Shown here piece by piece: positions 28,919-38,585 of a stretch of DNA of 64,000 nucleotides. The stretch comes from a virus. The notes under the pieces were generated by a model. The model did not search any database, was not told the origin of the DNA, and saw only the letters and a list, made by a program, of their open reading frames with translations. The stretch lies in IMG/VR virus record IMGVR_UViG_3300031951_000014; one strand, written 5' to 3'. Within the stretch, counting starts at the first letter, position 1. Each line of letters begins with the position of its first letter. The translations under genes were made by a program, and so were the position numbers.

Positions 28919-29522
28919 AATACCTGCTAACTCCATAGATGGAGAAGAAAACTTTTTATCAAAGTTTGATGGGATGTTAACTCTTATAGTAAACGTATCC
29001 ACGAAAGCTGGTGGATATACACCCAAGTGCTCAAAAGTCTGGTCATATGCTAGAACATGTAGACAACTGTGGCAACTACAAAAAGTCCACGATGAATTTA
29101 AAGATAGAGGATTTTCTGTTCTAGCTTTTCCGAACAATCAATTTGCACAAATGGAACCAGGAACAAATGAAGAAATAAAGACTTTTGTTAAAGAACATTA
29201 TCCATTTGTTACTTTTCCATTTTTTGAAAAAGTTGATGTCAATGGAAAAAATGAACACCCATTATTTGCCGCACTTAAAGGCAATGAAAAAAGAAATTAT
29301 TCTGACTTTACAGCAGATCAAAGTAATAAAGCAAAAGAAAACCAAAACCTTGCCGGGCAAGCTATTGCTAGAATTTCTCATGGTTATGAAAAATTTTTAG
29401 TAAGTAGAGATGGTATTATGGTTGCCAGATTTAACTGGCAAGACATGCCATTAGATGAAATACCAAGAGTTATGGGTGCTGGCTGGACAATACGAGAAGC
29501 AATAGACGAGATGTTGGGGTAA
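28905..29522 (+). CDS. Glutathione peroxidase-like protein with atypical active site
   Basis: LIVNVSTK, GFSVLAFPNNQFAQMEPG, FPFFEKVDVNGKNEHPLF, EKFLVSRDG; ATG 28905 preferred. Confidence 0.8.
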   Translation: MSIYKIPANSIDGEENFLSKFDGMLTLIVNVSTKAGGYTPKCSKVWSYARTCRQLWQLQKVHDEFKDRGFSVLAFPNNQFAQMEPGTNEEIKTFVKEHYPFVTFPFFEKVDVNGKNEHPLFAALKGNEKRNYSDFTADQSNKAKENQNLAGQAIARISHGYEKFLVSRDGIMVARFNWQDMPLDEIPRVMGAGWTIREAIDEMLG

Positions 29523-29524
29523 AC

Positions 29525-30619
29525 ATGGAAAATAACCCAGTGGATAAATATATCAATAGTGTGGCCTTCCCAGTTACCCCAGATATTGATGATAGTATAA
29601 TCGAAGAGATTGGCGAACTCCAAGTAGAAGTTCTAGGACCAGGTGTAATTGTTTTTAGAAACGCTTTTAATATAAATCAGCAAGTTATTTTAGATTATAT
29701 TGATTCTAAAGCAGAGAAAGCACACGAAAATAGATGGGCTTATATTACCGCAGAAGATGGAAATGAGTATGGCATAAATGAAGATGGATTTAGATATAGG
29801 TTAGAGGATATCCCCTCAACTCCAGTAAGGCTTCTGCATCCAGTAACTGATGAAACTCCACAAGAAGTAAAAGATTTTTTTCTTTATCTAGAAGAACAAA
29901 ATTATAAATGTCTACTTAAATATATAGATCATTATCCATTAATGTTGGGCAGTATTTGGTGGAAGAATAGAGGCCATGTTCTTAGATACGGTAATGGTGG
30001 CATCTTAGGGTGCCATGCTGATAATGATACAAATTATAAAGTAACTAACGGTGTTCGATATATGCCAAGAGGCATGGTTGCATCAAGACAGACTTGTGGT
30101 TCACTTATTTATCTAAATGACTGCGTTGACTCAGAAGAAGAGTTAAATGGCAGAAACTTCACAGGAGGCCATTTAAGATTTGTTCATTTAGGAATATCTT
30201 ATAGCCCTAAAAAAGGAGATATTATATTTTTTCCAACAAATTTTGTTGCAGCCCACGATGTTGAAAGAATGGGCAAAGGAGTAAGATATAGCTATTTGTC
30301 CTTCTTTGGACAAGGCGCAGATGATATCTCTGCTGGAATTGTCATATCAGAACCAGACCGAAGCTTTGAATGGTGCCCAGCAGTATGGCTTAACAATATC
30401 TATGATGACTATGAACGTTACTGCAAGTCACCATACTCTATATATTCTAATCCAGAAAAATACAATGTTGAAATTGGCTGGAACCCAGTTTACCAAGGGC
30501 GAAATGTAGCACAGTATAACACTACCCACGAAGCGGTAGAGGTTAAAGAAGAGGCAACTGCTTCTGGCTCAGAAGATTTACCAGAAGGCCCATGCGGAAC
30601 AGACCCAGTAAGAGTTTAG
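29525..30619 (+). CDS. 2OG-Fe(II) oxygenase
   Basis: HADND...IYLND...GGHLRF...FFPTN...HDV...RYSYL. Confidence 0.8.
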   Translation: MENNPVDKYINSVAFPVTPDIDDSIIEEIGELQVEVLGPGVIVFRNAFNINQQVILDYIDSKAEKAHENRWAYITAEDGNEYGINEDGFRYRLEDIPSTPVRLLHPVTDETPQEVKDFFLYLEEQNYKCLLKYIDHYPLMLGSIWWKNRGHVLRYGNGGILGCHADNDTNYKVTNGVRYMPRGMVASRQTCGSLIYLNDCVDSEEELNGRNFTGGHLRFVHLGISYSPKKGDIIFFPTNFVAAHDVERMGKGVRYSYLSFFGQGADDISAGIVISEPDRSFEWCPAVWLNNIYDDYERYCKSPYSIYSNPEKYNVEIGWNPVYQGRNVAQYNTTHEAVEVKEEATASGSEDLPEGPCGTDPVRV

Positions 30620-30621
30620 CT

Positions 30622-31539
30622 ATGGGCACGAAAGAGATTAAACCACAACATCTTGGGATGGGGATAGTACTTTTCAAAAATGCTATTGATGTTGATGAGG
30701 ATAAAATAATACCATTTATTGCATCTTTAAAGGAAAAAGCAATAAAAGATGATTATAAAATCATCTATGATGAAAATAAAAATCCACTGTATGCGATTAA
30801 CAGAAGTGGTCATAGGTATACTTTAGAGTCTATATACAATAGCTCTAGCCATATAATGGATTTCCTAAATAAGGATAGTGATCCATTTTTAATAAACTTC
30901 TTTGCTCAGTGCGAAAAAACATTCTACAGCAACTTACTTAGGTATGTAGAACTATTTCCTATGTTGCTTCCAAGCCTGTGGTGGAGAACGCAGGGCCATA
31001 TTTTGGCTTATGGCCCAGGCAGTGCTATGGGACTCCACAGCGATAATGATGTCAATTACCAGCCAGGATTTGAACCTGATTGGCAGGTAGCCACAAGAAG
31101 TGTTGTTGGATCAATTATATATTTAAATTCTTCAGTAGAATCTAAAGATGAAATAAATAAGTATGAATACTTAAATGGGGAAATTTTTTTTCCATATGCA
31201 GATGTTGTATATAAACCAAAATCAGGCGACTTACTAATGTTTCCGTCTAATTATTTAGGTTCTCACGCAATCAACCCATGCAATGAAGGCAGCAGATACG
31301 CATACATAGGGTACTTTTCCCAGGGTTCTCCACACCCAGATAGAGGAATAAATATAACTCACGGTGATATTCCGCCTGGTTTACAGGGTCAAGTATGGAT
31401 GCCAGATGTAGTAAAGGATTATGTTGAATATATAAAAAGTAAATACGATGAAGATAGCAAGGCTGCAAATGAGTTGTTAAAACCAACAACTAGAATGTAT
31501 AATAGTTCTAATACTGTTAAGGAGTTAATGGGTGAATAA
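30622..31539 (+). CDS. 2OG-Fe(II) oxygenase
   Basis: HSDND...IYLN...GEIFF...MFPSN...HAI...RYAY; ATG 30622 preferred. Confidence 0.8.
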   Translation: MGTKEIKPQHLGMGIVLFKNAIDVDEDKIIPFIASLKEKAIKDDYKIIYDENKNPLYAINRSGHRYTLESIYNSSSHIMDFLNKDSDPFLINFFAQCEKTFYSNLLRYVELFPMLLPSLWWRTQGHILAYGPGSAMGLHSDNDVNYQPGFEPDWQVATRSVVGSIIYLNSSVESKDEINKYEYLNGEIFFPYADVVYKPKSGDLLMFPSNYLGSHAINPCNEGSRYAYIGYFSQGSPHPDRGINITHGDIPPGLQGQVWMPDVVKDYVEYIKSKYDEDSKAANELLKPTTRMYNSSNTVKELMGE

Positions 31540-32431
31540 TTTGGTTATCAACAACGATATTGAAGGAAAAGATCTTGGTGGCGGAGTTGTTCTTTTCGAG
31601 AATGCTGTTAGCTTTGATGGTGATAAGGCATTTGATTTTTGTGAAGAGATAGTCACAAGAGAAAGAAATGCAATGTATAAGCCTGGAATTGACCCAGAAA
31701 CAGGAGAAGAAATCTATATAAATAGAAGTGGATACTTCTTTGGTAAAGAATCAATTGACATCATGCCAGGAAGAGGTTCTGCGGCACACCAAGATCCTAG
31801 AGAAGACGTTGTTAATTTTCTTAATGGACTTGAACAGTCAAGAGATAAATACTTATTTAAATATTTAGAATTTTATCCGCTAGCATTCAAATGTATATGG
31901 TGGAAGGTAAAAGGTCACATCGTTGCCTACAAAAAAGGCGCTTATTTAGGTCCACACTCAGATATTAGCACTGATTACATATATGGAGTTTGGACTCCAA
32001 ATGATCAACTTGCGATGAGAAGTACAGTAACAGCTCTTATATATTTTAATGATTGTGTTGACTCAGAAGACAAATTAGATGGAAAGAATTTCATGGGTGG
32101 TCATCATTATTTCAATTATTTAGACATTACTCATATCCCTAAAAAGGGAGATATTTTATTTTTTCCAGCCTCGTACACTGCTGGGCATGAGGTCAAGCCA
32201 GTTGAAGGTGGAATGAGATACTCTTATCTTGGATGGTATAGTCACGGAACTCCAAATATAGAAGTTAAAGAAGCAGTAGCTGATCCACTTGTTGATCCTG
32301 TCGCAGCACAGACATCAACAAACGTATACATGCCAACTCTTGTAGAAGACTACAGAAAGCATCTTTTATCTAGGGGTTATGACGAGTTTTCAGAACAATA
32401 TAGAATTACAAAATCAAGCTATGGTCAATAA
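31532..32431 (+). CDS. 2OG-Fe(II) oxygenase
   Basis: HSD...IYFND...GGHHYF...FFPAS...HEV...RYSYL. Confidence 0.8.
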   Translation: MNNLVINNDIEGKDLGGGVVLFENAVSFDGDKAFDFCEEIVTRERNAMYKPGIDPETGEEIYINRSGYFFGKESIDIMPGRGSAAHQDPREDVVNFLNGLEQSRDKYLFKYLEFYPLAFKCIWWKVKGHIVAYKKGAYLGPHSDISTDYIYGVWTPNDQLAMRSTVTALIYFNDCVDSEDKLDGKNFMGGHHYFNYLDITHIPKKGDILFFPASYTAGHEVKPVEGGMRYSYLGWYSHGTPNIEVKEAVADPLVDPVAAQTSTNVYMPTLVEDYRKHLLSRGYDEFSEQYRITKSSYGQ

Positions 32432-33231
32432 TGTTAGATACTAAATTAAAAATGAAAGATGTAGGTAGCGGTCTTTGTGTTGTGGAAGACGCTATTGATA
32501 TTAACCAAAAGTTTTTATTTGACTACATAATGATGTTGAGAGAAGAAGAAGAAAAAACTTTTACATATGTTGTTGAAGATGGTAAAAGATATGCGATTAA
32601 TAAAACTGGATTTAAATTTGATCCAGATGCGGTCAGCTTGGCACCAAATAGATTTATAGATCCACTATTAAAAATGAATAATTCATTAACAAGACAAGTA
32701 ACTAAGGAGCAAGAGCAATTTATAGCAGACTTAGAAGATCTAATGTACAGAATACTTGTTGAATACTGTAAGTATTATCCAGACGCTTCAACGGTCTGCT
32801 GGTGGAGAGGTATGGGTCATATCGCAACATATGAAAATGGTCAGGGAATAGGCCCACACTGTGATGATCAGATCCCATTTAGGTTTGGAGAAAAACCAAA
32901 AAATGAGTACCCAAAACATAGTAAGGTAAGTGTTAATATTTACTTAAATGATTGTGTTGACTCAGAAGATCAGTTAAACGGATATAATTTTATGGGCGGA
33001 GAGATTACGCATAAACACGCAAAACATACCTATAAGCCAAAAGCTGGATCAGCCGTAATATACCCTACTAATTTTATAGGAACTCATGAAGTGGCTCCAG
33101 TAACTGCTGGCCTAAGAATAGCCTATCTTGGGTCTTTTTTATATGGGACACCATCAGAAGGCATTACAGAAAACGGAGACTGGAGAATCTGGATGCCAAA
33201 TCTAAGAAAAGATGCTGGGTTAGAATTTTAA
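32431..33231 (+). CDS. 2OG-Fe(II) oxygenase
   Basis: HCDD...IYLND...GGEI...YPTN...HEV...RIAYL. Confidence 0.8.
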   Translation: MLDTKLKMKDVGSGLCVVEDAIDINQKFLFDYIMMLREEEEKTFTYVVEDGKRYAINKTGFKFDPDAVSLAPNRFIDPLLKMNNSLTRQVTKEQEQFIADLEDLMYRILVEYCKYYPDASTVCWWRGMGHIATYENGQGIGPHCDDQIPFRFGEKPKNEYPKHSKVSVNIYLNDCVDSEDQLNGYNFMGGEITHKHAKHTYKPKAGSAVIYPTNFIGTHEVAPVTAGLRIAYLGSFLYGTPSEGITENGDWRIWMPNLRKDAGLEF

Positions 33232-33236
33232 ATTTA

Positions 33237-33244
33237 TTACTATA
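33237..33244 (+). promoter_or_regulatory. Putative late promoter motif TTACTATA
   Basis: Intergenic, at the start of the neck/tail module. Confidence 0.55.
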
Positions 33245-33271
33245 AACATATACGTTTATTAAAGGTAAAGA

Positions 33272-33556
33272 ATGATATACAACCAGCCAATAGCCTACAA
33301 TAGCAATGTTACCTATTCGGGCGTTTTAGTCATAAACGCGCCAAGTATATCTAGCCCAATAATCGTAAATAATGTAACCTTTTTTTATCCAACTAATGAA
33401 GACTTTTCTAATTTAACAACTATTGCAGTTGTGAGTATAGATACCTCAATAGATGGGATTATAACAGTCCAAGCACTAGATGATCAGGTTACAGCTTTAG
33501 CAAGTGCCTCAGTAATAGCAATTTCTGGCACAGCTGAAATTACTATAGTGGCGTAA
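33272..33556 (+). CDS. Hypothetical protein
   Basis: 94 aa, beta-rich. Confidence 0.5.
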   Translation: MIYNQPIAYNSNVTYSGVLVINAPSISSPIIVNNVTFFYPTNEDFSNLTTIAVVSIDTSIDGIITVQALDDQVTALASASVIAISGTAEITIVA

Positions 33557-33600
33557 ATCAGCTACTATAAAGAGTAAATTACTTTAATTTTGGAGATAAA

Positions 33601-34497
33601 ATGTCCGTTAGCAACGTTTTGGTTAATGATAGCGTCAGACTAAAAGTCAAATTTCTTGACCAAGGTGACGGTGGCGTACAAGTAGAAGCAGAGATAGTCA
33701 GTGTTCAGGTTTTAATAAAAAATTCAGACGCTGAAATAGTAATTAATACATCAGCGACTCTTTTGTCTGGTTCTGAATATTATTATGACTTTACTCCAAC
33801 AGAGGCTGACACATACACAGTAACATTTACTGGCACCACATCTTCAGGGAACAGTATAGTTTCCAAATTAACATTGTATGCGAATAGTTCTACTACTGAC
33901 TATGAGCCAACGGTAACTCTAAGAGCAGATGAAACTATTATATTTGCTCCTGATTTATCGCCACTCTATCTTGATCCAGAAGAGCTTGTTGCCATTTTTC
34001 CAGACGCTTCTTTAATTGAAATCGGAGAAATGATTTATAGATACTCTTTAGAAATAAAAGAAATATATGGGCTAAAAGGTGATGAGGATGGATCTACGCT
34101 ACCATTTATTATACTTGAGTACATTAAAGCAGCAGCAGCTTGTGAGTTAAGTAGAACATATGGCTTTGGTGGAGATGATGAACTTTCATTAAAGTTGGCA
34201 GATTTAGAAATTACAAACAGATCTGCACCAAGAGCAGTTGCTACTAGATCAAATGCAACAACTTGGTGCCAAATAGCCGCTTCTTTGAGAAGAGAGGTCC
34301 TTGCAAAGAAAGTATCAATGAGAGGGGTGCAACCAAAAGGACTTCCAAACAGAAGAGTTGCAACTTCAGGAAAAACACTCGATCCACAAACTGGTCAACT
34401 AATTTATTTGTCAGACAAAGAGCTTTATGGTCCAGGCAAAAAACCAATAGTGCAAGATGACCCAATGCCGGACAGAAGACTGCGTCAATATGATTAA
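33601..34497 (+). CDS. Putative neck / head-tail adaptor protein with N-terminal Ig-like domain
   Basis: 298 aa; GGAG RBS; position before sheath genes. Confidence 0.45.
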   Translation: MSVSNVLVNDSVRLKVKFLDQGDGGVQVEAEIVSVQVLIKNSDAEIVINTSATLLSGSEYYYDFTPTEADTYTVTFTGTTSSGNSIVSKLTLYANSSTTDYEPTVTLRADETIIFAPDLSPLYLDPEELVAIFPDASLIEIGEMIYRYSLEIKEIYGLKGDEDGSTLPFIILEYIKAAAACELSRTYGFGGDDELSLKLADLEITNRSAPRAVATRSNATTWCQIAASLRREVLAKKVSMRGVQPKGLPNRRVATSGKTLDPQTGQLIYLSDKELYGPGKKPIVQDDPMPDRRLRQYD

Positions 34498-34870
34498 TGC
34501 AAAAAAAGTTTTTAAACAAATACTAAGAGAATGGGGTCACGATATTCTCCTGCAAAGAAGATTATCTGATGACGGCCTTTATTCCGATAAACTTGAAAGA
34601 GTAACCACAAGACACACTAACGCAGCCTCAAGATATTTAGCTTCAACAAAGCAGGAAGAAATTGAAGGCTTAACCATAAATTCAAATAGAGTTTATTATT
34701 TTGAATCAGAAATAAACCCAAAACCAGGGGATAGAATATATGAAGGTTCTTTTTCTTTACTTGAAGACTATGTTCTATATGTAATAGAGGAATGCTACCC
34801 AGTAAGAGGTAGATATGGTAAAGTTGAATATTGGATGTGTGGGGCAAGCAAAGAAGAAACGGCAAGTTAA
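34490..34870 (+). CDS. Putative head-closure / neck protein
   Basis: ILREWGHDILLQRR...YYFE...PKPGDRIYE...RGRYGKVEYW; ATG 34490 preferred. Confidence 0.5.
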   Translation: MINAKKVFKQILREWGHDILLQRRLSDDGLYSDKLERVTTRHTNAASRYLASTKQEEIEGLTINSNRVYYFESEINPKPGDRIYEGSFSLLEDYVLYVIEECYPVRGRYGKVEYWMCGASKEETAS

Positions 34871-36460
34871 ATGTTAGTTGTAACACCAGGACAAAGTGTA
34901 GAAATACCATTTATATATAAGTCTGGCTATGAATATGTAGATCCAGAATCTAATATTATAATTTTCTTAAAAAGAGGTTTAAGTTCAGTAGGGCCAGTAA
35001 TAATTGGGCCGTATGTTTATAATATAGATTTAGCTACAGCAGCAAGCCCAGGCTATTCACAGTCATTTACAGCAACAGATTCGGTAGAAAGAATCTCAGA
35101 AGGTTATTACAATCTTGTAATGCAGATACCTGCAAATGCATTTGACGGACAATATACAATTGAAATAAATACAACTTTAAATGGTGCAATTGATATTAAG
35201 GAAATTAATATCCACATAAAAGCCGTAGTGCAAAGCTCTGATTCAGACTACTCTTTGTTTGGAAAATCTGTTTCAATTAATTCAACTTCTAAATATAAGT
35301 TGATGGATCAGTTTGATACAAATAATGTACTTTTAATAGGACATACAGATGCAATAGAGCCATATGGTATTCAAAAAATTAGTTCTATAAAAGAAGGCGT
35401 AGATTTATTAAGAGCAGATATTAATTCTCCATTACTAAGAGGAATGTTTGACGCCTATAGTTGTGGTGCAAGAGATATATATTTAATGTCAGCAGGCTAC
35501 ATGAATCAGTACGTTGATAATGTAGCTGAAAGAAATACGCCAATATTTAAAGACAGTGTTAATGATACATTTACTTTTTACCAAACATATTATAATAGTC
35601 TCGCAATCTGCTATAACCTAATTGAACAATATGATTTTATAGATTTTGTTGTTCCACTAGAAGCTAGTATGATAAACACTGGAACAGTAAATTTTGCAAA
35701 GCAGTTAGCTAATTTCTGTAATAAAATCCAAGAAAATACTGGCGAAGTAACCATAGGCATATTAGGTTCAAAGAACCAGGGTGTTAATTCTCAAGATGTC
35801 ACAGAATTAATAAATAAAAATTTTGACATTCAAAGTACGATTGATGGAAATGGTTTTATAACAAAAGACACAGGTAAGCACTTAGTGCTTGTTTATGGAG
35901 AAGCTATCTTTGCACATAAACAACTGCAAACAAGTTATAGCTCATCTTTAGCTGCAGCAACAGCTGGCTTATTGTCTTCAATGCAAGTTAATTATGGAAT
36001 AAGCAATCAAAGAATTCCTGCTGCTCTTTCTGGCTATGGGGCAGAACTAACTACAGCACAAGTAAAATCTTTGAATGACAAAGGAATTAATTCGATAACA
36101 AGAGGAAGTAGATCAAGAAGATTTGCTGGCCCATATGATGTATATCTGAGTGGTGACTTTACGCAATCAATAAGCGAAAACTTTAAAGATTCTTCCAATG
36201 TTCGTTTAGCTGCAATGGTGATATCTGAAGTGCAAGCAATTAGCAAAAATGCAATAGGTAAATTTGGATACTCTAAAATTACTAGCAAAGTTGAAGCATT
36301 ATTAAATTTCTTAAAAATTAATGATATAGTTAGAAACTATAGTTTAGACGCGTATGCAGATAAGCAAGAAAAAGGAAAAATGTACTTTAACATAACACTT
36401 GTTTCTTCTAGAACTTTAAGAGAACTATCATTTAACATAGCATCAGGAAGAGGCGCATAA
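34871..36460 (+). CDS. Tail sheath-like protein with N-terminal extension
   Basis: VLLIGH, LLRGMFDAYSCGARDIYL and C-terminal LNDKGIN...VRLAAMV similar to the 37288 sheath. Confidence 0.6.
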   Translation: MLVVTPGQSVEIPFIYKSGYEYVDPESNIIIFLKRGLSSVGPVIIGPYVYNIDLATAASPGYSQSFTATDSVERISEGYYNLVMQIPANAFDGQYTIEINTTLNGAIDIKEINIHIKAVVQSSDSDYSLFGKSVSINSTSKYKLMDQFDTNNVLLIGHTDAIEPYGIQKISSIKEGVDLLRADINSPLLRGMFDAYSCGARDIYLMSAGYMNQYVDNVAERNTPIFKDSVNDTFTFYQTYYNSLAICYNLIEQYDFIDFVVPLEASMINTGTVNFAKQLANFCNKIQENTGEVTIGILGSKNQGVNSQDVTELINKNFDIQSTIDGNGFITKDTGKHLVLVYGEAIFAHKQLQTSYSSSLAAATAGLLSSMQVNYGISNQRIPAALSGYGAELTTAQVKSLNDKGINSITRGSRSRRFAGPYDVYLSGDFTQSISENFKDSSNVRLAAMVISEVQAISKNAIGKFGYSKITSKVEALLNFLKINDIVRNYSLDAYADKQEKGKMYFNITLVSSRTLRELSFNIASGRGA

Positions 36461-37200
36461 TGCCACAGAACTACCCAATGTTCCCAACAGCTAATATCAA
36501 TGAATTTTCATTTGACAGAGTTTCAGGCAGTTTGCCTCCACTGCAAGCACAAGGGAATTTAACATATATAGAATTTATAGCAGCCGTAAAAGCCCTCTGG
36601 GAAAACGCATACCCAAATATTAAAATAAAACCTATTCAAAATGGCGACTATGCAGAATATCCTGTTATAGCATATGGATTAGAGTTAAGAAGGGCTCATT
36701 CCGTAGAGCCAAAGCCCAGAAGTAGAGTATCACCATCAAAAGATATAGCTATTTTTGGTCAAAGATTTCAAAATATAATATCTTTTACCGTAATAACAAA
36801 GTCAAATTCAGGTGAATTAAAAGGATCTTCAGATAGATATGCTGGTCCAGAGGTTGCAGAAAAGGTTATTGAAATATTCGAAGATTTTATGTTGGAATAT
36901 ACCCCAGTTTTTAAAAGATTAGGTGCATCAGAGTTAGTATATGCCAGAAGATTATCAGATTCTGAGGAAAATAGGGACGCTACAGATGTAAATAAAAGAA
37001 CCGTAACCTATATGTTAACAACCGAAAAGCTTATTGGCATGGAGGTTGGGCGTATAGAGCAAATAGCGTTAGACGTAAGACGTTATATGGCTATGGAAAA
37101 AGAGATTTGGGACCAATTCTATGAAGGCTCAACACCAACATATGAAGGAACTGAATTAAATATAATTGATTTAAATCAATCAGCTACTCCAGATTCATAA
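36460..37200 (+). CDS. Putative tail completion / terminator protein
   Basis: 246 aa immediately before the sheath; YPVIAY...GQRFQNIISFTV. Confidence 0.45.
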   Translation: MPQNYPMFPTANINEFSFDRVSGSLPPLQAQGNLTYIEFIAAVKALWENAYPNIKIKPIQNGDYAEYPVIAYGLELRRAHSVEPKPRSRVSPSKDIAIFGQRFQNIISFTVITKSNSGELKGSSDRYAGPEVAEKVIEIFEDFMLEYTPVFKRLGASELVYARRLSDSEENRDATDVNKRTVTYMLTTEKLIGMEVGRIEQIALDVRRYMAMEKEIWDQFYEGSTPTYEGTELNIIDLNQSATPDS

Positions 37201-37232
37201 ATTATTAGTGGTTTGTTTTCAAACAATGCCCA

Positions 37233-37240
37233 TTACTATA
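37233..37240 (+). promoter_or_regulatory. Putative late promoter motif TTACTATA
   Basis: Intergenic, upstream of the sheath gene. Confidence 0.55.
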
Positions 37241-37287
37241 TTGATGAAGTAAAAATACATATGCTGCAAGCGGAGGTCTAAAAGCTA

Positions 37288-38544
37288 ATGGCTCTACCAG
37301 GTGTAAAAACAGTAATCAAAGATAGATTTTATAGTATCTCTCGCCAAGATATTCCAGTTGGCCCGAGAGTAGTTCTTATCGCAAAAAGAGGAACACCCAG
37401 CACTACTGGCAATGTTCAAGATCTTGACGTAGTTCAGGCTACAAGCGAACAAGATGTAATTCAAGCTTTCGGAGAAGATTCACAAATCCATAGAGGATAT
37501 TTTGAACTTCTTGCTGGTGGAGCAGAAAGAATTTTCATTGTTCCACTTCCAGCAGACTCATCATTTAATCACACAACAGGTGCGATTACAAGCGTAACAT
37601 ACGCAGCAGCAGGTGGTGGAAATGTTTTTGATGCAGCGTTTGAAGCAGCTGAATCAGCTCAGCCAGACATTATAGTTCCTTGGGGCCGTGGAACACATTC
37701 AAGTGAATGGCAAAATCCTGCAACACCAGCTGACGATGAAGAGTATGGCTTTTACGCAAATAACGGAACTGGTTCAGCTAGTTGGGCAGCAAAAGTAGCT
37801 GATAAGGTTAAGGACATTTCAGAAAATTCACACGCATGCTTCGCAGTAATGGGAATTAAGCCATACGTAGGAACATCTGAGTTCATGACTCCAGCACAAG
37901 TTTCCTCACATCTCTATAACTCAGGATCTGGTCCTGCTAACTTAATTAGCAGAGATTCTTCAACAATGGAAGAAATTGGTAGACACGTTGTTGTTATTGC
38001 ATCAGAGCTCAAGCCTGTAAATTACAATGCAGACTGGGGTTACTCAAATGGTGCAACAACATTCGCCGCAGCGATCAGCAGAATGTCATCATTTACTTCA
38101 CCTGTTAATAAGACAGCTTACAACGTAGCATCTATTAGATATAACCCATCAAGAGCACAGCAGTTAGCGCTTTCCAATCTTGGTGTTAACTTTATTGCCT
38201 TGAACTTCAATAAGATTCCAGTCTTTGTTGAAGGTCTTACAATGGCAGCAGCTACATCAGACTACACAAGAATTTCTACAATGAGAATTGTTACAGAAGC
38301 AGCTCTTCTTGTTAGACAAGTTTGCACGAAGTTTGTTGGCGAGGCATCCACATTACAAACACGTAATTCAATGGAAACAGCCATAACTTCTGCACTACGT
38401 GGCATGCAACAAGTCGGTGCCTTGCTTGACAGTGACTTCACAGTTAGTTACTGGCCAGCAGAAAATAAGGCGTTTGTTGATCTCGTGCTCACACCAGCAT
38501 TTGAACTCAAGAACATTGAAGTTCAAGTCGCAGTAACAATATAA
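37288..38544 (+). CDS. Tail sheath protein
   Basis: MALPGVKTVIKD start; SDYTRISTMRIV...FVGE...LTPAFELKNIEVQV C-terminus; GGAGG RBS. Confidence 0.85.
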   Translation: MALPGVKTVIKDRFYSISRQDIPVGPRVVLIAKRGTPSTTGNVQDLDVVQATSEQDVIQAFGEDSQIHRGYFELLAGGAERIFIVPLPADSSFNHTTGAITSVTYAAAGGGNVFDAAFEAAESAQPDIIVPWGRGTHSSEWQNPATPADDEEYGFYANNGTGSASWAAKVADKVKDISENSHACFAVMGIKPYVGTSEFMTPAQVSSHLYNSGSGPANLISRDSSTMEEIGRHVVVIASELKPVNYNADWGYSNGATTFAAAISRMSSFTSPVNKTAYNVASIRYNPSRAQQLALSNLGVNFIALNFNKIPVFVEGLTMAAATSDYTRISTMRIVTEAALLVRQVCTKFVGEASTLQTRNSMETAITSALRGMQQVGALLDSDFTVSYWPAENKAFVDLVLTPAFELKNIEVQVAVTI

Positions 38545-38585
38545 ATAAAACATATATCTGATATACCGAATTAGGAGGGTATAAT

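Noticed and set aside
24803-29522. Selenocysteine (UGA) in the GPx-like genes
   Set aside because: No in-frame TGA; the active-site position is TGT (Cys) in one gene and GCT (Ala) in the other.
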